A program made the position numbers and the translations under genes. From the NCBI GenBank assembly GCA_963663545.1, contig OY760505.1:3360001-3424000 (forward strand): a DNA stretch of 64,000 nt, written 5' to 3'. Position 1 is the first letter of the stretch, and each line of letters begins with the position of its first letter. The notes under the pieces were generated by a model. The model was not told where the DNA came from, ran no database searches, and saw nothing but the letters and a program-made list of their open reading frames with translations. The DNA comes from Candidatus Delongbacteria bacterium. GTDB lineage: Bacteria; CAIWAD01. Of the stretch, positions 9,473 to 18,600 are shown one piece after another.

Positions 9473-10791
9473 GTACTGAAGTAGCTACTTGTGTCACGGA
9501 TGCACGGGCTCTCTTGAAGAGCACGAGAACAATTCTGCGGCAGGCAACGGTTGAGAATTGTGACCGTGTGAGACAGCTCTTACCGCAAGTGAGGAAAGAG
9601 CGAGAGTACGAGCTCGCTTCGTGGCTTGGGCTGCTGCTTGTTCATCTGCAGCGGATCATGGGGCAGCACCGTGAGGCGCTCTCGGTGCTTGACCGGGCAC
9701 TAGTAGACGCTGGCAAGGCAAAATCAAGGCTTGCCCAGTGTCGTGTTACAAGCTTGCGTGGCATCATTCTTCGTGACACAGGCAAGTACACCGAGGCCGT
9801 GGACGCATTTCGACAAGTACTTTCACTGGGCGAGGAGTTGGCTGACCAACAGCAGATTTGGAATGCGCTGACGGGCATGGGATCCATTTCCAATGTGAGA
9901 CAAGATTGGACACGCAGCTTGTACTGGTATCGCCGCGCACTGGCTGTCTCGAGAGTGTTGAAGGACGACGCACGTAGGGCGAATTCCTTGAATCACCTGG
10001 CTGAAGTATTGGACAAGCGCGGTCATCTGAAGGCGTCGCTACGCTTGCGGTTGCGCGCACTCACACTTGTGTCCGGGCGTTACCTTGAACACACTGCCAA
10101 CATCAACTCAGGTATTGCACGTCAATTGATGCAGCTTCATGAGTACGCTGATGCGCGGTTTTACGCGCTGACAGCCTACAGTCTGCATCGACGGCAAGGC
10201 AATGTCATGGGACAGCAGGAGGCCTTACAGACTCTTGCGCACAGTTACGCAAACAGGGAAGAGACCAGTAAAGCGCTTCTTGTACAACGCAAGGCATGGA
10301 GCTTGGCCGCCGGGTTGGAGAATCCTACGATCATGTATCACGCAAATCGCGCATTGGCTGAGGTTCTGTTTCAATCGGGAGCCATCGCGGAAGCCACTGG
10401 TGTTATTCGAGAGTGTGCGCACGCCCTGGCAAAACTGAATCAGCAAGAGAAGCACCTTATCATTTCGCGCATGGAAACCACGACGACGGCTGAGCAACTG
10501 CGAACGACAAACAGGAGACTCGAAGAGCAAATCAGCGACCTGCGACGAACGGAGGAGAGAAGTCGACGTATCGAGAAGGATTTGCAGGCACGAGTGGTAC
10601 TGAAGGAAATGCTACACGAGGGAATTCGACTTTGTAACTCATGCGGACGAGTGCAGGCCAGAGACGAGGCATGGCAGCCCATCGATCATCTACTTGCTTC
10701 CATAGGTGTCTCGCTGTTCAGCCATAGTCTCTGTCCAACTTGTGTTAGCAAGCTCTTTCCCAATCTCAGTCGTGAGGGTAGATCTTCGTGA
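9469..10791 (+). CDS. TPR protein with coiled coil and C-terminal CxxC...CPxC module
   Basis: TPR motifs; ends LCNSCGRV...W...FSHSLCPTC; ATGA overlap. Confidence 0.82.
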   Translation: MSTEVATCVTDARALLKSTRTILRQATVENCDRVRQLLPQVRKEREYELASWLGLLLVHLQRIMGQHREALSVLDRALVDAGKAKSRLAQCRVTSLRGIILRDTGKYTEAVDAFRQVLSLGEELADQQQIWNALTGMGSISNVRQDWTRSLYWYRRALAVSRVLKDDARRANSLNHLAEVLDKRGHLKASLRLRLRALTLVSGRYLEHTANINSGIARQLMQLHEYADARFYALTAYSLHRRQGNVMGQQEALQTLAHSYANREETSKALLVQRKAWSLAAGLENPTIMYHANRALAEVLFQSGAIAEATGVIRECAHALAKLNQQEKHLIISRMETTTTAEQLRTTNRRLEEQISDLRRTEERSRRIEKDLQARVVLKEMLHEGIRLCNSCGRVQARDEAWQPIDHLLASIGVSLFSHSLCPTCVSKLFPNLSREGRSS

Positions 10792-11798
10792 TACAACGCG
10801 ATGCTGTAACACGACAGTTGCTCGAAGACATACGTCAGCGTTGTCTTGAGGGCTCCAGCCCCACGTGGGAGATCGGTGCGTTACGTGACCATCATGCATC
10901 CACATCGTCAATGCATGAGTTGCTGGCAATGCTTGCCGAGCTGATGCAATCCCTGCAGCAAAGGGGTGAGTATTATGCCGCGCGTACTTTGCTGGATGCA
11001 ATTTCGCACACCCTCCATGAGTATCTACAGGCGCATGAGCGACTAGAGTTGCTACTGCTGCAAGCCGCGCTGGCCCGTGACCTTTCCCAGACGAGAAAGG
11101 CAGGTGATACATTCGCCCAAGTGATTGTGGCGGCAGAAGCGCTTGAGTATCACGAGTTGGCTGCACGTGCTCATCTGGGAATGTGTCTGATGAATGAGTC
11201 GCAGGTCGATCCAGGAAGAGGAATGTATCACGCCCGTCAGGCCTACCGGATGGCCAGACGTTACAATCTCACCGGATGGCGCGACGTAGCCATGAACCAG
11301 ATTCTGCAGTACCGCCGTCTACAGGGGCGCGAGGACAGCGCTGGTCGCCTGGCTGGAAGGCAGTTGCACTTGTTGCAGCAGATGGTCCCAGTTCCTGTTG
11401 CACTGGTGGCCTGCGTCTTGAATACCATGTGCCTTGTACTGATGAAGCAGAATCGCCTGCGAGAAGCAGCAGCCTGTGCTTTGGAAGCCTTAGGCTTGAA
11501 TCGTGGTTGCGGCCGTGATCGGGCCGTGATACAATGCATGTGCAATCTTGCCGATTGCTACATCCGCATGTCGGATACGTCACGGGCCCTCGGCCTGGTT
11601 GAGGAGGCTGTGGAAATGTCGGCTGCGCTACGCCTTGGGTATGAGCTGGCCTGCCTTGCCAGTCGTGTATCACAGTTGTGCGAGGGCGATACGGATCGGG
11701 AGCGTTGTTCCCGGGTTGAAGCAAGAATCGACAAGCTCCAGCATGAACTCGAGATGTATTTGAGTGAAGCCTCAGTGCACGAATCAGTTTTTCACTAG
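10788..11798 (+). CDS. TPR protein lacking the Cys module
   Basis: TPR-like helices (VLNTMC, MCNLA); GTGA overlap. Confidence 0.72.
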   Translation: MIQRDAVTRQLLEDIRQRCLEGSSPTWEIGALRDHHASTSSMHELLAMLAELMQSLQQRGEYYAARTLLDAISHTLHEYLQAHERLELLLLQAALARDLSQTRKAGDTFAQVIVAAEALEYHELAARAHLGMCLMNESQVDPGRGMYHARQAYRMARRYNLTGWRDVAMNQILQYRRLQGREDSAGRLAGRQLHLLQQMVPVPVALVACVLNTMCLVLMKQNRLREAAACALEALGLNRGCGRDRAVIQCMCNLADCYIRMSDTSRALGLVEEAVEMSAALRLGYELACLASRVSQLCEGDTDRERCSRVEARIDKLQHELEMYLSEASVHESVFH

Positions 11799-11968
11799 CT
11801 AACGATTTGAAAATCCAGCAAAATCGGTTTGGGGTCGACGCTGCCAGCTTGATTGGCTAACCGGAAAGCACGACTCTATGGGCTCATCTATCGATGGATC
11901 GTGGACCCGTGCGGTATGGACCGCCAGACGGGCCCGAAGAACGAGGTTGTTCAACCAGGAGATCCACC

Positions 11969-13600
11969 ATGCTTACCAGTTATCCCGTTCCCACTCCGTA
12001 TAACGAGCCGGTACGCGCTTATGCCCCCGGCACCGCTGAACGAACTTCCGTGCGTGCAAAGCTGAAAGCCATGAGCGCCGAAGTCCGCGAGATCCCGCTT
12101 TGGATCAACGGCGAGGAAGTCCACACCGACAGCAAGCATACCAGCGTGATGCCTCACAAGCATGCCCACGTACTGGCGCATTGCAGCCTAGCCACACCCG
12201 AGCTGGCAGAGAAGGCAATGTTGGGTGCCGAGAAAGCGCGCCAATCCTGGGCCGAAATGCCCTTCCGCGCTCGCGCAGCCATTTTCCTGCGCGCGGCGGA
12301 GCTGCTTTCCGGCAAGTATCGCGACGAGATCAATGTGGCCACCATGTTGGGACAGTCCAAGACCGTGTTCCAGGCCGAGATTGACGCAGCCTGTGAGCTG
12401 GCCGATTTCTGGCGCTTCAACGTGTATTACGCGCAGCGCATCATGGACGAGCAGCCGATCAGCCCCAAGGGCATGTGGAACCAGCTGCAGTACCGCGGCC
12501 TCGAGGGCGTCGTCTTTGCGGTCAGTCCCTTCAACTTTACCTCCATCGGCGGCAATCTGCCCACCAGTCCCGTGCTGATGGGATGCACTGCCATCTGGAA
12601 ACCGGCCACTACCGCCATCTACAGCAATTGGGTTGTGATGAAGATTCTGCGCGAAGCCGGCCTGCCCGATGGCGTGATCCAGTTCCTGCCTTTTCCCGGC
12701 GGAAGCTGTACTGAAGCCATCATGAAGAGCCCCTATTTTGCCGGTGTGCATTTTACCGGTTCCACCGGCGTCTTCAACCACTTCTGGAAGTACATCGGCG
12801 AGAACATCGACGCGTACCGCAACTATCCGCGCATTGTCGGTGAGACCGGCGGTAAGGACTTCATCTTCGTCCACAAGAGCGCCGATCCCGTCAATGTTGC
12901 GACCAATGTGATACGCGGTGCCTTCGAGTATCAGGGGCAGAAGTGCTCAGCCGCCAGCCGTGGTTATTTCCCCAAGAGCCTCTGGCCTGCCATCTGGGAA
13001 GAGATCGAGCGTCAGATGAAGCAAGTGCGCATGGGCGATCCTGCGGACTTCGGCAACTTCCTTTGCGCCGTTATCGACAAGAAGGCCTTCGATTCCATCA
13101 AGGGCTACATCGACAGTGCGCGTAATACAAAGGACGCCAGCATCATCATGGGCGGCAACTGCGATGACAGCGTGGGCTACTTCATTGAGCCGACGATTAT
13201 TCATGCGCACGACCCGCATTTCAAAACCATTGAAGAAGAGATCTTCGGACCGGTTTTCACCTTCTACCTGTACGACGATGCGGCCTATGAAGAAACCCTC
13301 GAGCTCTGCGACAGCACCAGCGCCTACGCGCTGACCGGCGCCATCTTCGCCAACGACCGTGAGGCCGTTGAACTCGCCAGTCGCAAACTGGTCAACGCCG
13401 CAGGCAATTTCTACATCAACGATAAGCCCACCGGAGCCGTAGTCGGCCAGCAGCCCTTTGGCGGCGCTCGCAAGAGCGGCACCAATGACAAGGCCGGCAG
13501 CATGTACAACCTCCTGCGCTGGACGAATATCCGCACCGTCAAGGAGACCCTGCATCCGATCACTCATTTCGGCTACCCCTTCCTGAGCAGCGAAGAGTAG
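11969..13600 (+). CDS. pruA: L-glutamate gamma-semialdehyde (1-pyrroline-5-carboxylate) dehydrogenase
   Basis: SPFNF, FTGST, ETGGK, FEYQGQKCSA, EEIFGP and NDKPTGAVVGQQPFGG motifs; RBS aggag before ATG 11969. Confidence 0.95.
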   Translation: MLTSYPVPTPYNEPVRAYAPGTAERTSVRAKLKAMSAEVREIPLWINGEEVHTDSKHTSVMPHKHAHVLAHCSLATPELAEKAMLGAEKARQSWAEMPFRARAAIFLRAAELLSGKYRDEINVATMLGQSKTVFQAEIDAACELADFWRFNVYYAQRIMDEQPISPKGMWNQLQYRGLEGVVFAVSPFNFTSIGGNLPTSPVLMGCTAIWKPATTAIYSNWVVMKILREAGLPDGVIQFLPFPGGSCTEAIMKSPYFAGVHFTGSTGVFNHFWKYIGENIDAYRNYPRIVGETGGKDFIFVHKSADPVNVATNVIRGAFEYQGQKCSAASRGYFPKSLWPAIWEEIERQMKQVRMGDPADFGNFLCAVIDKKAFDSIKGYIDSARNTKDASIIMGGNCDDSVGYFIEPTIIHAHDPHFKTIEEEIFGPVFTFYLYDDAAYEETLELCDSTSAYALTGAIFANDREAVELASRKLVNAAGNFYINDKPTGAVVGQQPFGGARKSGTNDKAGSMYNLLRWTNIRTVKETLHPITHFGYPFLSSEE

Positions 13601-13836
13601 CCGAGAATAGCGGGTACAACTTTGTTATCCAGAGTGGCCGGGCTAGATCCGGCCACTTGCACTTTTTGGCACAGCCTCCTTTTGCTACCATAAGGGCGGA
13701 GAGTCACTTCGGAATGTTCGTCCGGCAGGATGGGCACCCGCGAGTGAAGGGAACCGACCAATACTGCAACAGCCGTCCTATACGCCCCGCACCCGGGAGT
13801 GCTGCGGCTTCGCCGTATTTTGGGAAAGGAAACAGA

Positions 13837-14577
13837 GTGTCTTTAGTCCGCGAATTCGAATGCTGCGGGAACTGGTTGTTCCGCTTTCGCAGCTACCTGC
13901 CGTTATTGCTACTGATTCTCCTTCTTCCGCTCATTCCGTATCACACTCCATTAGGTGGGTCGAGTGAGGTCGACGGCTACTGGGAGTTGGCTTGTCTTGT
14001 CGTTTCCTTTTTCGGTCTGGGAATCCGGGTGCTTACCATCGGCTACACACCACGTAATACATCGGGGCGTAACACACACGGTCAGGTGGCTGACGAGCTG
14101 AACACCAAGGGAATTTATTCCGTCGTTCGGCATCCGCTGTATCTGGGCAACTTCTTTTGTTGGCTGGGAATCATGTTGCTGGTACATTCATGGCAGGTGG
14201 CCGCGCTCTATGGTCTGATCTTCTGGTTGTATTACGAGCGCATCATGTTTGCCGAAGAAGCCTTTTTGACACGCAAATTTGGTGATGCCTATCTGGAATG
14301 GGCCGCGCGCACACCGGCCTTTTTGCCTTGCTTTCGCAGTTGGAAATCGGCTGGAGTGTCCTTTTCGTTGCGCAATGTCGTCAAGCGCGAATATGGCGGG
14401 TGTTTTGCCATCGTCCTTAGCTTTGCGTTGCTGATCACCGCGATGCACTCCTTCAGGGACGGAAAGCTCGCCTTGTCCCCTTTGTGGTTGAGTCTGCTCA
14501 TGTGCGGTTTGCTCCTGTTTTGTGGCATTCACCTCATCAAGAAGAAAACGCGTCTCCTGCACGTTCAGGGACGTTAG
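13837..14577 (+). CDS. Isoprenylcysteine carboxyl methyltransferase-family membrane protein (LmtA lipid A phosphate methyltransferase-like)
   Basis: GNWLFRFRSYLP, TSGRNT, GIYSVVRHPLYLGN and EEAFL...FG.AY motifs; GTG start after RBS aagga. Confidence 0.8.
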   Translation: MSLVREFECCGNWLFRFRSYLPLLLLILLLPLIPYHTPLGGSSEVDGYWELACLVVSFFGLGIRVLTIGYTPRNTSGRNTHGQVADELNTKGIYSVVRHPLYLGNFFCWLGIMLLVHSWQVAALYGLIFWLYYERIMFAEEAFLTRKFGDAYLEWAARTPAFLPCFRSWKSAGVSFSLRNVVKREYGGCFAIVLSFALLITAMHSFRDGKLALSPLWLSLLMCGLLLFCGIHLIKKKTRLLHVQGR

Positions 14578-14712
14578 TTTCCACAACTCTGATTCTGCCG
14601 TGTTACATTGCCGATACGCTTGTCACCGGACACGGCTTGAAGATGGGCAGAACCAACCCTGCCAATGGTGCCTGAGAGAAGAGTGAGGGCAGGAAAACAT
14701 CCTGGAGGACGA

Positions 14713-15204
14713 ATGAAGAAGATGACGCTTTCTCTGCTGTTGCTTGTGGCGATGCTGAGCAGCCAGGTTTTCGCTCAGTTGGGTACGAGTGATCCTGAGG
14801 CTGATCCGCGTGTGGCGCGCGCACTGGATGCCAAGGGGATTTCCTACACCGTTGATAGTGACGGGGATTACAAGATCGTGCTGGGAACCAACGACGATCG
14901 CACGCAGCTAGCCTTTGTGCGCTCATCGACGAACGAGTACGGCAACATGGAGATCCGCGAGATCTGGTCCTTTGGATACAAGGCCGATGGAGACGAGTTT
15001 CCCAAGTCCGTCGCCAACAGTCTGCTGGAGGACACCTTCAGTAAGAAGCTTGGCGCGTGGGCGAAGCTGGGCAATCGCGCTGTTTTTGTCGTGAAGATTT
15101 CAGCCAATGCGGATGCAGAATCGTTGTTCAACGGACTGAAAGCCTGTATGCTGTCAGCAGACACCATGGAAGAGAAGCTGACGGGCGATACCGACGAGTT
15201 CTAA
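14713..15204 (+). CDS. Secreted hypothetical protein (possibly YbjN-like fold)
   Basis: RBS ggagg, signal peptide, YTVDSDGDYK...RTQL. Confidence 0.7.
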   Translation: MKKMTLSLLLLVAMLSSQVFAQLGTSDPEADPRVARALDAKGISYTVDSDGDYKIVLGTNDDRTQLAFVRSSTNEYGNMEIREIWSFGYKADGDEFPKSVANSLLEDTFSKKLGAWAKLGNRAVFVVKISANADAESLFNGLKACMLSADTMEEKLTGDTDEF

Positions 15205-15230
15205 ACCGCTGTAGAATTCCGTATTAGACA

Positions 15231-15256
15231 AGGGGCGCAAATGGCGCCCCTTTTTA
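15231..15256 (+). terminator. Intrinsic terminator
   Basis: aggggcgc-aaatg-gcgcccct followed by Ts. Confidence 0.75.
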
Positions 15257-15525
15257 CTCCGCGTCTCGCTTCGCGAGCATTTTAGCGCAGCTTTTCTTGA
15301 GGAATAACAAGCGATTGAGCCCTCATTCAAAGCTATTATTGTCACGGAAACGGGTGTTCAGAATAACTACAGGAACCAGTGAGTTGTGCTCTCTGACCGA
15401 TCCTGAACAGAGCCGAATTAGCTTTCGATTAGCCTAAAATTCAGAAATAAGAATATACATTAAGTATCAATAGCGAGAATGCCGAATATGAGGCTGTCAG
15501 ATTCACCAGCTGGCGCTTTTTAAGC

Positions 15526-15542
15526 TAGGCATGGATCTTGCA
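15526..15542 (+). promoter_or_regulatory. Putative sigma54 promoter
   Basis: TAGGCATGGATCTTGCA, GG-N10-GC. Confidence 0.6.
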
Positions 15543-15605
15543 ATTCGGTGAGCGCTAATAATCTAGACGTCAACGACACCGATTCATCATTTTCCTGGAG
15601 GACCC

Positions 15606-18600
15606 ATGAAGAGATTTCTGGTCTTGGGTGCGTACGGAATACTGGCGGCAACTTTGTTCGCCGGTGTGGCCTATGCCACCCAGAGCACGGTTGTTCCAGC
15701 AGGAGGGGCGCTTGTTCCAACCGGAACAAGTGCGCAGATGCGCGCCCCATCTTCTAATGCGCCGCACGTGGGAGTGCGCAACAGTGACTGCTCCCTCGCC
15801 GAGCCTATTTTAACATCCGCCGGGACCCATACCGTTCCCGTGGGCGGATATCAGTACTTCTCGTATACGGGTATTGGCGTTGGTCTGAATATCGAAACGA
15901 ATCTGGCTGGCACGGATTGCGATTCCGATTTGTACATCTTCTCAGATTGCGACCATCTGGTTGACGAGCTGTACTACGTCGACGGTATCTCCCCTGACTA
16001 CCGTGCATACTTGACGGATGGCAGTTTCACATTTGAAGCGGGTGTCGATTACATCATCGCTTTCACAGAGTATTATGGCGACGGTGGAAACATCGAGTTC
16101 ACCGTTTCTGAAGGCGTGCTCTATCCGGTACCGGCAAACGATGAGTGTGTAAACGCAATTGCGGTCAATACGTATCCGTCCACTGTGACGGGAACAACAA
16201 ACGGTGCCACCATCGACTGTCCCGAGAATGAGGATATCGATGATTGGAATGCCGTATGGTACGCAATTGATTTGCCGAACGCTGATAACGATGTCTGGAT
16301 CGACTATTGCGGAATGACGGAATCCTTCAGCACCATGGGTATCATTCTGCTGGAGAATTGCGGATGCGAAGAAGAGCCGCTAATTGCGCCTTATTACGGC
16401 TGGGATTGGGATTGTGGTGATACAACCACGAAGCCCTATGCCTTCTGGACCCAGTTGGCAGGTCCCACCACGCTGTATCTGCCGATCTACCTCGGTGGCG
16501 GCATGGATTTCAGCTTCAACATTGATGTTACACCAGCGAATTATGCTCCGACAATTGACAACCTAACCATTCTTCCTCACACGGAAGTGGCTGGCCCCTA
16601 CACAGTGTCTGCCGACGTGGTTGACCCTGAAAGCGGCTTGACGGATGTATCCCTGGTGTACGCTGTTAACGGAGGAACAGAAGTCACTCTGTCCATGACA
16701 GCTGTTGGCGACACCTACTCTGCTGCAATTCCTGCAGTGGATCTGGGTGATGAAGTCACTTATGCTGTTACCGCAACCGATGGTTTCTGGACCACGACCA
16801 GTGCTGCGGCCTCCTTCGAGTATCGTGCTGTTCAGTGGCCGCCGACAAGCTTTGCCGCAACGGAAGGCGAGTTTGGCGATGTCTCGCTGACGTGGTCAGC
16901 GCCTGTTATGCCCCCGCCGGCAAACATGGAGAGCTTCGAATCAGGAATGCCCGCTGATTGGACTTACTACAACGAAGATGGTGATTCCTACCATTGGGAA
17001 GCTTATGCGACGGCTGTGGCCTACGACGGCGGCTATGTGGCTCGAGTCCAGTATAACAGCTCGGGTAACAATGACTGGTTGGTGACCAATGCGCGTCAGG
17101 GAACGGCAACTTCCGAGATTACCTACCAGCTTGCGAATTACTACTCCTCCTATCCTGAAAGCTACGAAGTCTACGCAATGGCTTCCGCGACAGTGCCGAC
17201 AGCGGCTGACTTCGTCGCGAGCGGTACTCTGCTGACCTCCGGCACGCTGCCCACTGGGACGGCATGGCATGAGTTTAGCCATGACCTGAGTGCTTTCGAT
17301 GGTCAGCAGGTGTACATTGCCTTCCGTTGCACTAGCGTGGATGAGTACTACCTCTATCTCGACGCTGTAGTGTTCGACGATCTTGATGCGGTGACTGTTG
17401 TTGCCAGTGCTGGCGAGCCTGCTAGCACGGATAACGACCTAGAAGGCATGATGCAGAAGCTTGGCCTCAGCAAGGACCAGGCCATGGCTCGCATCGCTGC
17501 GGAGCAGCAGATTGAGTCGACTCGCGCCATGCTCGGATACAATGTTTATCGTGAGAGCGTCTTGATCGCAACAACGATGGACTTGTTCTACGATGATGTC
17601 CCGCCGCTGCCTGAGACGGACTACACCTACTACGTCACGGCTGTGTATGACGCAGGTGAATCCGATCCTTCTGACACTGCGGTTGGCAGCTATCTGGTGC
17701 GTCCCACCAGCGGTGGCCCCGATCTGCTCGGTTACACCTGGATCCACAGCGACGACGCCAGCGGCCCGGCCTATGCCTGGACCGACATTGTTGCAACGGG
17801 TACTGCGGCGACACTGACCTCTGATGATTCTGTTGATGGTCCTTTCGCCATTGGTTTTGAGTTCCCCTTCTATGAGAATTCTTATACCGAGTTCTATGTG
17901 AACTCCAATGGCCTGGTGACCTTCGGTGCCAGCAGCACGGCTTTCAGCAATGTCCAGCTGCCGAACACCGCTACCCCGAACAACTTGATCGCCGCTTTCT
18001 GGGATGACCTGAATCCTACGGCTTCCGATCCGGATGGAACGGTCTATTACCTCTATGACAGCATCAACGAGACCCTGACGGTCCAGTACAACCTGGTTGC
18101 CAACGGTGGTACGGTTGAGTTTGCCTTCCAGACCATCCTGATGGCTGATGGCAACATCCTGGTCCAGATCCAGAACGTTGATGAGAACGACGTTGTTGGT
18201 GCTACGGTTGGTATTGAGAACGCTGACGGTACTTCCGGTCTGAGTGCCAACTTTAATGGTGACGGTTGCTTGTTGGCCGATGGCGTTGCCATCCTCTTCG
18301 AGCGTCCCGACGCCGACGTTTTCCCGCCGGCCCTCGTTGTTACTCCGCTGGACGATACCGAGATCACCTCTGCGCCCTACACGGTCAGTGCTGAGATCAC
18401 GGATGCCAGTGGCATTGGCTCAGCTGTGCTGTACTATCAGGTCAGCGCTGGCGGTTACACCTCCGTTGCCATGACCAACACCACGGGTGACACCTACACC
18501 GCTGACATTCCGGCCCAGACCGCCGGTGCGCTGATCGACTACTATGTTGAGGCCACCGACCTTGGTCTACCCACGGCGAACACCGCCACTTCGAGCACCT

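Noticed and set aside
13667..13687. TGGCAC...TTGC as a sigma54 promoter
   Set aside because: GG-to-GC spacing is 14, not 10.
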